Positions 50,830 to 62,000 of a DNA stretch of 62,000 nt are shown piece after piece. Positions within the stretch are counted from its first letter, which is position 1. Each line of letters begins with the position of its first letter. This DNA is from Octopus vulgaris (lineage: Eukaryota), in NCBI GenBank assembly GCA_951406725.2, contig OX597824.1, positions 32,322,001-32,384,000 on the forward strand, in the 5' to 3' direction. Made by a program: the position numbers and the translations under genes. Under the pieces are notes generated by a model. The model did no database searches. It was not told the DNA's origin and was given only the letters and a program-made list of their open reading frames with translations.

Positions 50830-51917
50830 CTATAGTTTGGTAAGAAAGAATTCTATATTTTGGTAAGAAAAATTACATGCACAAATTCGAAGAGGCAAGT
50901 TTCTTTAGCCATGAAAAGATTTTGTACGTCTTTTCTGAGGGACAAGTTTAATGTCAAAACTTGTACAATTTTACAGAAAGAATTTATGAAAAGCCTCAAA
51001 GCCTCATGGTTTCTGGAACTTAAGGAATATATTTTTGAACTTAAAAACTAATTAAGAAATTATGTAAATATCCTCAGTTTAGATAAGAAAATATAGGAAA
51101 ACCAGAAATCTTTCCACTTTTAATATATTGTAACCTCATTATATGCATGTGTATATGTGTGTGTGTGTGTATGTGTGTGTGTGCGTGTGTGTGTGTTGTA
51201 TGATGATATGTGATGGCAAATAAAAATTTGATAAAAAATAGCTTTTTGAAGTGACATTTTGCTAGGTACTGCGTTAAAATAAAACAAAACTGTCAAATAT
51301 TGCAGTGCTGTAAAATACCATTTTTGCATGTTGTATAAAAATCCAAAATGGTTTTATACAAATAGGAATGGTGATATTAATAGAAACAGAATATAAAAAA
51401 ATCAACAACAAATAAACAAATATTTTAAGTAAAAAATGGTGTCAGCTTATAATTATTAAGATTTATGTTAGATTGGCACACTCTCTTACTTTTGTAGAAT
51501 TAAATAATTTTATGGATTCCGTGTTCAACAGAATATAATTATTTTCTAACATTCCTGACGATATTGTTTTTGTTTTCTTTGGTTAGAAAGCTTACTGATT
51601 GGGTATGACAGAGAGAGACACACATAAATCTCTCTACCTCACATACACACCAAGTGCGTGTGTGTGTATATATATATACATATACACACACACACACTTG
51701 GTGTGTATGTGAGGTATATATATATATATAAATTAGAAAAAATATATGTAATTTTTTCTAAATGGTATAATATAATTTTTCCTTATTGAATTGATAAAAG
51801 GTGGTTTTATTTCTAATTTATATATATGTATTATATTTTGTGAAATTTGATTTAGTATTTCTAAATTGAATTTTTCCCTGTAAGTTTGGAATAATATTCC
51901 CTCATATTATTATTATT

Positions 51918-51963
<46 letters not shown>

Positions 51964-51968
<5 letters not shown>

Positions 51969-52176
51969 TAATCCCTTGACTATTGTGGGTGTTACATTCC
52001 AAAACTCCCTGTGATAGATGAAAATCTGTGAAGTAGAAACAGTACTGTACTGTACATTTTAAAAATTATTTTTATAATTTGTATATATTTATTTTATTAT
52101 AAATGCAAAACAACACCATGGAGGAATCGATGTTAGCTTAAATAATAAACCGTGATAGGTGAACAGGATTACCGTG
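51964..52176. mobile_element. Tigger/pogo-like MITE
   Basis: TA flanks; TIRs cacagtaatcc / ggattaccgtg. Confidence 0.5.
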
Positions 52177-52498
52177 TATAGATATTCTTTTATTCTTTTA
52201 CTTGTTTCAGTCATTTGACTGCAGCCATGCTAGAACACCACCTTAAAGGATTTTAGTTATAGAAGTCGACCCCAGGATTTATTCTTTGTAAGCCTAGTAC
52301 TTATTCTATTGGCATCTTTTGTTGAGCCACTAAGTTACAGGGTCATAAACACACCAGCATTGGTTGTCAAGTGATGGTGGAGGGGGGCACACAAACACAG
52401 ACCCACACACATAAGCACACACATCCACACACACACACATATATATATGATGGGCTTCTTTCAGTTTCTGTCTACCAAGCCTTTGTTCAGCCCAAGGC

Positions 52499-52529
<31 letters not shown>

Positions 52530-52558
52530 GTATTTATATATATGTATATATATATGTA

Positions 52559-52614
<56 letters not shown>

Positions 52615-55279
52615 ATGGAAACAAGAGAAGCTTTCCTTAAAAATTTTTGAAGCAAAATTGAAATCATATTACTTATTTTTCATAAGATCGTTCTTCTAAT
52701 GTTCTGTAAAATTAATATAAACTACATGTCATCATAAGCTTCAGACTTTTATTGTCAGAATTAGTATGAGACGACAAGCAGTGGCAGACAACACAAAGAA
52801 TCTGTGCAAGGGAAGCAACACGAGCTGTTGCATCCCTTTCAGTGTAATTTTTAAACATTTTTTCTGATAAAAATGCCACAAAGACAATTTTTTTCTTGTA
52901 AGAGCTGATAACGAATAGTTTTAGATGTTAATAAATACTTATACACTTAGATTAAGTTACTGTCAATTTGCAATACCTATGATATATATATATCTATCAA
53001 CATATATATGTATCATATTTTATTATTAGTTTGAGTTTGTCATTTCCAATCTTCAGGTGATAATGGAAAGACAGAACTTTGGGAAAGTATTTGAAGATAA
53101 ATGAAAGAGATCTTCAAAAATCAAAGCATAAGATGAATTTTCTCAGGAAGCTTGAAACAAAACGATCTTGTTGAATGAAAAATATGACTGATACTGTTCT
53201 GCTATATGTTATTATTATAATTACATTCTATCATATCATTGTTTTATATCTACTTTTCTCATCTGGTATGTATAAAACAGGGAATTTTGAGGCAGCATTT
53301 TACTATGGAAACCCTTATTGGCACCAACTCTTATTTCCTATAATATGTAAAGATACATACTAATTCTAAAAACTGAAACATTTTTAGGGTTTGAGCAACA
53401 CATTTGCTCAGTAAAAAATCCTTGAGCTTCCTTGAAGGGGTTATGCAGAACCCTTTTGTTCACTTGTATACTACTCTGCTGTTTAATATCCTCATATTTA
53501 ACTACCAAAAAAATTGGCAATAATATTATCAGAGTAGAAGATTTGACTAGAGTAGAAACAGGTTGTATTGCTGGCTTTTTGCTATTGGTAAAGAGTAACT
53601 CGATTTACTTTGCTTTTGGTAAGACAAAAGTAATTTTTTATGATCTAAGATGATAATGTCAAAAGAATTAAATTTATGTTAAAAAAAAATCAACATGCAC
53701 ACACATAAACTGCAGGGAGGTGAGCCCTTAAAAGTTTTAGGCAAAGGGAAAAGCAACTGGTTTGTGGCAACAGTATACTTGAACATGTTATGATTAGTTT
53801 TTGGAATGTTTTATTACTTTTCTACATGCAAAATAATAAGCAGGAAATTTAAATTGACTGAATTTTTAATCATACATGACTTACAGTTACTCAAGTCAAA
53901 TATAAATATATGTTTCATAAAAAAATGTTTTGAGAGAAAATAATCTTAAATGTTCATTTTTAAATAGCATTGAATTATAATTTTTCTCAGGATGTTTGAT
54001 CAAAATTATTATTGGGGAGTTTTGATTGAACATTCTAAAAAGAAAGTTGTAATTCCTCTGTTTATAAAGAGTGAATCCATGAACTTAAAGTTTGTTTGGT
54101 AAGTGGAATGCATGACTCTCTTGGCTCTGGAGTCACTTACGTAACTTTACAAGAGAATAAAAGATATACATACTCCTATGTATTGAGTTCTATTACTCCT
54201 GTTTGTTACAACAAGCTACAAATACACAGACACACACACATGCACACACATACACACACACACATGTGCATCTGTATATAAATGTATGTGTGTGCGTGTG
54301 TATATATAATTGTAAATATATGTGTTGAGTTGTCATGTTTTAGGCAACACTAAAGAATGCTCGCAACCCTGCATTGTCTTCATTTGTTCACCAGGTACTT
54401 CACAGAACATATTTTAACTCTGCTGGATGCATTTCATTGTGGCTCCAGCACTAGAGTAGTGGCCTTGTCTCATGCAAGTCTAAAAAGATTTTTATTGCTA
54501 GAAGGAATTGTGAACAGAATGATAGAATCTAGACAGTGATGACAGTGATATAGTGGAAAGTATTGATAAAGAAATGCATTTATAGGCAGTTGCATATAAA
54601 GTAAAGACAGGGTGGTGTAAGGAAGAGAAATAGAAATGTGGGGAGAGAAATCTATATAAAAAAAAAGAGTAGAAATGTCCATATCAATAATGAGTGACAA
54701 GAATAGAAGTAAAATGAGAAGGAGAGTGAAGTGATGAAGAATAGTAAAAATGGGAGATAGTATGAAATAGTATGAGAGGGTAAGTGATAGCATCAGGGAG
54801 GGATAATTGTGAGAGAGAGAGTGAAGGCTATCAATGAAAGATGCTATTGAGGAGAGAGAAGGATGGCTTGGAATAAAGAAAGGTGGTAGTAAATGATACT
54901 GAATATTGAATATGGACAGTTCTGCTGCCATTCCTTGATACATGTGTTTTTATGGAAAGAATGTTGGTGCGGGAAAATTGTATATGGAGAGATCCTATGT
55001 TATCCTTTATTATCGGAATGAAATGAGTGGCCAAGGCTGTTTTGGATGCTGACGGTTTGGCACAGCTGCTTTGGTGGCAGTAATTTTTGGCACTGGAGGC
55101 AAACACAACCCCCAACCACACATACACGCATATGCATGCATGCACAAAAATATACAGAAGCAGATAGAGAAGGAGAGAAAAAGAGAGAGTAAGACAGGGA
55201 GTGAGAAGCATTATAATTCCTTAACTGATCATGATTGACATAAACACTTTTGCTTCTCCTCACACACTTAAAGAGAAAT

Positions 55280-55705
55280 GTATTTACACATATGGCATAG
55301 AAGTGGCTGTATGGTAAGTAGCTTGCTTATGAACCACATGGTTCCGGGTTCAGTCCCACTGTGGGGGCACCTTGGGCAAGTGTCTTCTACTATAGTCTCG
55401 GGCTCACCAAAGCCTTGTGAGTGGATTTGGCAGACGAAAACTGAAAAAAGCCTGTCGTATATATGTATAAATATATGTGTGTGTGTGTGTGTTTGTGTGT
55501 CTGTGTTTGTCCCCCCAACATCGCTTGACAACCGATGCTGGTGTGTTTACGTCCCCGTAACTTAGCGGTTCGGCAAAAGAGATCGATAGAATAAGTACTA
55601 GGCTTACAAAGAATAAATCCTGGGGTCGATTTACTCGACTAAATGCGGTGCTCCAGCATGACCACAGTCAAATGACTGAAACAAGTAAAAGAGTAAAAGA
55701 AAAGA
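55280..55705 (+). mobile_element. SINE family B, antisense to RyR (degenerate + copy also ~58120-58290)
   Basis: Same sequence as 6705-7130 on the opposite strand. Confidence 0.88.
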
Positions 55706-56728
55706 GTATATAAAGAGAGAGAGGAAGTGAGAGAGGGATGAAGAGAAGGCAGTGGAGACATATATAGAAACGTCTGATAACAAAAAAGTCAGCATTGAAT
55801 CAACAACACCAAAAGGGTGGTACCAAAACTGCTCAGTCTCTAATTACCAAAATAGTATGGGTGAGTCAAATAAGAGAGAGGGTGAGGGATGTATGAGAGA
55901 GTGGTAGACAGACACATCATCATCATCATTTAACGTCCGCTTTCCATGCTAGCATCGGTTGGACGGTTCAACTGGGGTCTGGGGAGCCCGAAAGCTGCAC
56001 CAGTCCAGTCAGATCTGGCAGTGTTTCTACAGCTGGATGCCCTTCCTAACGCCAACCACTCTGAGAGTGGCAAACGGCCACGCTCGGATGGTGTTTTTAT
56101 GTGCCACCGACACAGGTGCCAGATGAGGCTGGCAAACGGCCACGATCGGATGGTGTTTGTTACGTGCCCACAGCACGGAGGCCAGTCGATGCGGTACTGG
56201 CTACAGCCACGTTCAGATGGTTTTCTTGTGTGCCACGTGCCACCGGCACTGGTACCACAAAGATACAAATTCCATTATGTTCATCTATTTTGATTTGTTT
56301 TGATTTAAAAATATGTGTGAGAGACTTAAATGTATAGAAGAATAGGAGGAGGAATGAGAAATGAGAAACTGTGTGACAAGTGAGAAAGGAATGAAGAAAG
56401 AAATAGCCAGAGATATATCAGGAGTATCAATATCATGTTTTTTTTTACCTGTTTATGTACACACACAAACACAAACACACACACACACAACACCCATGTA
56501 TATTTATATACATATGTGTCTCTGTCTATGTCTCTCTCTCCCTATATATATGTGTATACATACATATGTATTTACTCATATATATATTTATATATATATA
56601 CATACATGTTAGTATATATTTGTGTTTGTATATATATTCATATATATATATAAATGTATGTACATATGTACAAATAAATGCACATGCAAATATAAAACAT
56701 ATACATACAGATATACATACATAGGTGC

Positions 56729-56767
<39 letters not shown>

Positions 56768-56892
56768 GACATTTATATATGTGCATATATGTACATACAT
56801 AAGTAAATATATATATATATGGGTATAAATGTATTTAATTAAAGTTTCATATATACAAAGAAATATATATAAGACACATATGTGTGTATGTC

Positions 56893-56931
<39 letters not shown>

Positions 56932-57001
56932 GCAAAGACACACCTGCACATAAATAATTCTGTAAAATATGTAACTGAATAAAAAGAAAATATAATTTTA
57001 C

Positions 57002-57067
57002 CAAGAATGATTCTGATGACGTAATATTTTTCATTTTCAAGAAAATATCAAAGAACTTTAGAATCAT
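57002..57067 (-). CDS. RyR: RyR exon: MILKFFDIFLKMKNITSSESFL
   Basis: 66 nt, phase 0-0; acceptor ttttcttgtatttttcag. Confidence 0.96.
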
Positions 57068-57316
57068 CTGAAAAATACAAGAAAAGGTAAGACACATATT
57101 TAATAATTTGTGAAATAGATTCCAGTATGAGTTATTAAATTTTCTCAAATAATGACATAGGCATAAAATAATATTGTTATTTGCATATTTTAAGGATCAT
57201 TTGTTTCATTTTAATGATAGAGATCATTTTTTAAAGCTATCTTAATACCTGCTTTCACTTTCTATTAAAAGTTATGTGGTGCAGTATAATGTCACATTAT
57301 GATCCATCACTTAAAT

Positions 57317-57548
57317 TAATTCTTTATTGCCCATAAGGGGCTAAACATAGAGGGGACAAACAAGGACAAACAAATGGATTAAGTTGATTACATCAACCCC
57401 AGTGCGTAACTGGTATTTATTTAATCGACTCCGAAAGGATGAAAGGCAAAGTTAACCTCGGGGGAATTTGAACTCAGAACGTAGCAGCAGACAAAATACC
57501 GTTAAGCATTTTGCCTGGCATGCTAAGGATTCTACCAGCTCACCACCT
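57317..57548 (-). mobile_element. SINE family A flanked by ~182-bp direct repeats
   Basis: Direct repeats 57135-57316 and 57549-57731. Confidence 0.85.
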
Positions 57549-57731
57549 TTAAATTTTCTCAAATAATGACATAGGCATAAAATACTATTGCTATTTGCAT
57601 ATTTTAAGGATCATTTGTTTCATCTTAATGATAGAGATCATTAGTTTAAAGCTATCATAATACCTACTTTCACTTTTTATTAAAAGTTATGTGGTGCAGC
57701 ATAATATTATATTATGATCCATCACTTAAAT

Positions 57732-58092
57732 GCTTGCTTGCTTCATGCTCTTGCTTAATGTGGCCGAAATCATCCCAAGTTTGTGGTCCCAGAGATGTTA
57801 TCAAGTGTAGATTTGAGCAGGTATCTACTGCTGGCAGTCTTGTGTTAGCCCCTCTGCATCCTCAAGGTCACATTGAGCCTCTGGAGATCTTCCCTAATCA
57901 TGTCCAGCTATCTGGTGCAAGGCCTACCATGTGACCTCTTCCAGCCTGCAGCTGATGCATCAAATGAACGGAAAGCCCCGGTAGAATGATCTATGGAGCA
58001 CAAATGTGGCCCTTCTCAAAGACTTTGGGAAAGAGATCAACGGCTTCAATAGCAGAACTCTGAGACCCATCGAGAACATCAGATGGTAGCAC
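57732..58092. mobile_element. RTE LINE fragment with 5' inversion
   Basis: Minus-strand GWKRSHGRPCTR*LDMIREDL plus caag tail; plus-strand IYGAQMW..INGFNSRTLRPIENIRW; flanked by cacttaaat duplication. Confidence 0.6.
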
Positions 58093-58490
58093 CACTTAAA
58101 TTATATTTTTAAATAACTCTAAATAACCCTTGACTATGTGATTAAGAAATTTGCTTTGCAACCACATTGCTTCATGCTTAGTCCTGCTGTACAGCATCTT
58201 GGGCAAGTATCTTCTTCAGCAGCCTCACACTTCCCAAAATCTTATAAGTGGATTTGGTAGAGTGAAACTGAAAGCAGTGAGTTACACACACAAACACGCA
58301 CACACACACACACACACGTGTATAAATGTGTGTGAGCTTGTGGATATATTTGATAAAAGTTTATAAAATTGTTAATTCCAGTTTTACAGTGGATATGTTT
58401 GAGCTAAATGGAATTCTAAACTGGAATATTTTTTTAATGTATTTGATATAACAGAGACTAACACCTTTAAAAAATTAACCATTATCTTAC

Positions 58491-58561
58491 CTCCACATTT
58501 CCAGAAGATTCCACAAGTGTGTCTACCATTTGTTTACCAATTGGTCCATGCATAACATTAC
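58491..58561 (-). CDS. RyR: RyR exon: (G)NVMHGPIGKQMVDTLVESSGNVE
   Basis: 71 nt, phase 1-0, donor gtaag. Confidence 0.96.
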
Positions 58562-58773
58562 CTGGAACAAAATATAATTTGCAATTAATGTTTAATATTC
58601 TATTAATATTTCTAACCTGTTATATTACCTCAAATTTCATTTTAAGTTATTTTATAATATTAGAGATGTTGACATATTTGGTATTTTTAACTAATAGTAA
58701 AATTCGTGTAGATATTGTTGTTTTTTACTTTAACGCTAAAGATAAATAACATTAATGAAATCAAGTTCCATAC

Positions 58774-58855
58774 CTTCAAGCATTGAAAGAAGCATGATCA
58801 TCATTTCTTTTTGTAAGTTCATGAATTCACGCAATAACTCCAATTGCTCAAAATC
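58774..58855 (-). CDS. RyR: RyR exon: DFEQLELLREFMNLQKEMMIMLLSMLE(G)
   Basis: 82 nt, phase 0-1; visible in ORF 58736-58951. Confidence 0.96.
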
Positions 58856-60068
58856 CTTGATAAAATTACAACAAAACAAAATTGTGTCAATATTTATTTT
58901 GATAGTTTCACAATAACAATATATCTTTACAAATTCATAGATACAGTTCAAAGTTAATTTAAAGAAATATAGATTTAGAAAAATTCAGTTAATTGAAGAC
59001 AATGGTACCATATTTGATGGCATATAAAATACACACATTTAAAAAAAGTAAGTATCAAAAAAAAAAAAATTTTCTGGGCTCTATACACCAAGTTGGGTCT
59101 TTCATAAGTTCCTTTTGTCCTTGATATTCCCTACTATAGGCTAATTTTAATGCAGATGGTCTCTTCTACCAAACATGATCTCACAATAGTAACTTACTTT
59201 TTGTACACAATAATGTTTTGGAATGTGCTGCTAGATTGCTTTGAATATTTATAAGCCTTAATGCACTAACAATTTTTTTCTGAATGTGTGCTGTTGAAAT
59301 TGAGGAGTGTCTAATATGCCTGTGTGTTTTTTATACCATCAAACTGGATAATTAATCTTTTGATATGCAGGTATTTGAAAATATCTCATGAAGTGACGAC
59401 AGTGCTATGTATAGTCATGGGCTGCCCTTTGGCAAGGCATAGCACCCATTCAGTCACCCTGCCAGGGATACAGTGAAATCATGGGTCAGCTGTATGACAG
59501 ATTAAGAAGAGGTAGCTTCTTTCATTGATGCTGAGAGTAGGAATCCTAGAAGATCAATGGTCAAGATCACCAGGCTCTATCAAGAGAGTAACTGAAACAC
59601 ATCCATAGGGGTGGTGTTCATGGTTGTGTAATCAGTTAATGAAAGATTCACTATGACTCACGTTTCCAATTCAAGTTCATTATAATGGAATCAGATAGTG
59701 AAAGAAAGCCATGGAAATCAGTGAAAGCAGGGAAAAAAGAACCAAACCACTAATAAAGGGATAAAGTTCCTTCTTGAATTATATAGGCTCACAACCAGTT
59801 TCCTGGATTCTCTGGTACATGTACTTCCCACTGGATTGCACCCCAGTCTGTCACAGGAATAGTCATTTTTACCAGCTAGGTGGAGTGGAACAATGTTAAA
59901 TGAAATGTTTTGCTCAAGAACACAAAGCATTGCCTGGTCCAAGAATCAAAACCACAATCTTATGATGATGAGTGCAACACTCTAACCACTAAGGCACATG
60001 CCTCTACAACCAAACAACTAAGATAAAATTAAAATTAAAATGAGAAAAAAAATCTCAAAAGTACTCAC

Positions 60069-60173
60069 TTTTGATAATTTGTCTTGCATTTGGGCAAATA
60101 TATAAAGAAACCCACCAACAGCATCCCACAATCTGCTGTGGGCTAAAGCCAATTGGTTTTGGGCACATGGACC
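60069..60173 (-). CDS. RyR: RyR exon: [35 protein letters not shown]
   Basis: 105 nt, phase 0-0, donor gtgagt. Confidence 0.97.
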
Positions 60174-60535
60174 CTGTTATGAATAAAAAGAGAAAATGCA
60201 AAAGAGGAATTTCACAATGAAATTTCAAATAAACAAAAGCATGTCCTATTTACATGTTTATATAATGTTTAGGCATAAATATCAATGTTATATTCAAGAG
60301 AATTACCAATGCAAATGTATGATGGTTCTCAACTAATACTTTTTCATATTGCATTTATAATATGCTTTCATATCTTACTCCAGCAATCTTCAAAAATGCA
60401 CACACACACTTGCTCTGAAAATGCTTGTCAATGAAATCTTCAATGAATGGTTAGTTTAGTGTAAATATGATTTAATACATCTGGAATTGAGTGAAAATGG
60501 AATTTTAAAAAATGGTTAATTCTCTATGTTCTTAC

Positions 60536-60664
60536 CTGAATATACTCAGTGAGTGATCTGAACACGTATTTAGCTACCATGATGGCTCGGCAAAAGTTAG
60601 CCTTTCCAGCAGGATCAATTAAGTCTTTACCGGAATAATGCCAGTAGAAGTCCATAATAGATTC
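60536..60664 (-). CDS. RyR: RyR exon: [43 protein letters not shown]
   Basis: 129 nt, phase 0-0, donor gtaag; contains the TEYIQ Ca2+-site residues. Confidence 0.97.
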
Positions 60665-61177
60665 CTTGAAAGGGAAGTGGAAATTATTTTAGTAGAATTC
60701 CTATGAAAATGTGTCCTTTGTCTTTCAAAAGTATATGTAAACAATACAATATTCAAATTTAAAATTTTCACAACAAACATAATACACCTGTACACAGCCT
60801 AGCCAAACCAATCCCTCCAACCAAGTACACTGCGTGAAGACTGTTTACTACAGTATAGTGCTATTCTAATGCCCTAGGGTTGATATTTTTTAAGGATATT
60901 TCACTGGTGGGGCATATATTTTTCTGGAAAGCTATAGTGGGACCTGGGAGAAAATAGTTTGGGTAACATTGCTTTAGTGTCATCATTTATTAATTTTTTA
61001 ATGCTTCTTTTATTTCTTCCTTTTTTAAAAAAATTTTTACTTTTTTTATTCAATAATTAGGTGATCAAGTTACCAGCTGATTAATTATAAGTTCTGAAAA
61101 CTTAAGAAACATGGATTAGCTAATAAATACATTTTTCACGTTCAAAATAAAAATAATAGAATAAACCAAATAGTTAC

Positions 61178-61266
61178 TTGTAAACGAAGAAGGTAATCCA
61201 CAGTGCAAATGATAATATTCACTGTTGTATTGTTTCCTGCTTGTGTTCTGAGATAATTTTGGAATT
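61178..61266 (-). CDS. RyR: RyR exon: [29 protein letters not shown] (central domain)
   Basis: 89 nt; acceptor ctctacag, donor gtaa; conserved RyR motif. Confidence 0.96.
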
Positions 61267-61412
61267 CTGTAGAGAAAAAGATAAAAATGGTTTTTATTGA
61301 GATTGCTTAGTTAAATATTTTAGTCAAGAAGGCGGTGAGCTGGCAGAAATGTTAGCATGCCGGGTGAAATACTTAGAGGTATTTCATCTGTCTTAACGTT
61401 CTGAGTTCAAAG

Positions 61413-62000
61413 TGGGGTAAAGAGCTGGATAAGGCCTTCTGTAAGCTTATCACTCATCTTTTAGAGGCTCCGGTTTTACTCAACGGAGAAGATAAACACT
61501 CTCACTGTAGATGCATTCTTGATTGCAGTAGCTGGGATGTTATCCCAGGAAGGACACCCATTGGCATTCATAAGCCACACCTTTAGCCAAGCACAATGAA
61601 ATTGGTCGAACATTGAGAGAGGGGCTTATGCAGTGGTATGGTGTGTAGATAGACAGTGGCATTTCCTTCTAGGGAAGCAGTTTTATTTGGAAACACTTCA
61701 CCACCCTTTAAAAACCCTGTTCGCAAAGGATTTAGGTGTATCTTGATGTGCTTTGCAAAAAATAGCCAGGTGGAGTTTGATTCTATCACAGTATGATTTC
61801 GTCATTAAGCATGTTCCAGGTAAAAGTATTCTGCATGCTGATACCCTCTCTTGATTAAGGTATAACGAGACTAACTATGGCGATATAATTTTCTTTACTT
61901 CGCATTTAGACAAATGCGACAGTGTGTGGTTGGACATTGATCCTGTAAAGATGGAAGGCCTCCAAAAACAATTAGATGCAAATGCATTATATAACGAAAT
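61413..62000 (+). mobile_element. Degenerate Gypsy LTR-retrotransposon pol (RT connection, RNase H)
   Basis: GKELDKAFCKL..LEAPVL; HPLAFISHTFSQAQ*NWSNIERGAYAVVW; RWSLILSQYDFVIKHVPGK..HADTLS. Confidence 0.75.

Larger units (their letters stand above)
5263..61266 (-). other. RyR: Ryanodine receptor gene, 3' portion (28 exon positions, one duplicated); 5' part lies beyond the window end
   Basis: Manually spliced exons form one open frame of 3263 nt (one EF exon used) with RyR hallmarks: [29 protein letters not shown]-hand pair, RAGGGIGDE pore, CFIC..H..H zinc finger, [16 protein letters not shown]-terminus. All introns GT-AG. Confidence 0.98.

Noticed and set aside
51695-51716. let-7-like TGAGGTA at the hairpin end
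   Set aside because: Only 7 nt match; the rest is unlike let-7
52674-52704. 31-nt minus segment with acceptor and donor look-alikes
   Set aside because: Stop codon in the required phase-0 frame and no homology
39618-57001. A third EF-hand 1 exon copy
   Set aside because: Manual scan for KEF and DG codons with splice sites found only copies A and B; a tBLASTn or HMM scan would be needed to exclude a very diverged copy

Overview
AT-rich, microsatellite- and SINE-dense animal DNA. The SINE and repeat landscape looks like an octopus genome (inference from recalled families, not a database match). The window holds the 3' part of one ryanodine receptor (RyR) gene on the minus strand. I reconstructed 28 exon positions by hand (61266 down to the TGA at 5263), all with AG/GT boundaries and consistent phases. 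They give about 1086 C-terminal residues: central domain, EF-hand pair, divergent region, S1-S6, pore and zinc-finger CTD. The main discovery is that the 80-nt exon for EF-hand 1 exists twice (50750-50829 and 45327-45406), with identical length and phase, so only one-of-two inclusion keeps the frame: a mutually exclusive EF-hand exon pair. Between the two copies lies a ~250-bp inverted repeat of SINE-like elements carrying hammerhead-ribozyme-like cores. A near-intact Penelope-type minimal hammerhead lies at 33719-33766. The introns also hold several tRNA-derived SINE families, two 565-bp mariner deletion derivatives, Helitron/hAT/Tigger-like MITEs, LINE fragments, a Gypsy pol remnant, palindromes and many simple repeats. 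Exon coordinates are exact; SINE/LINE boundaries are approximate.
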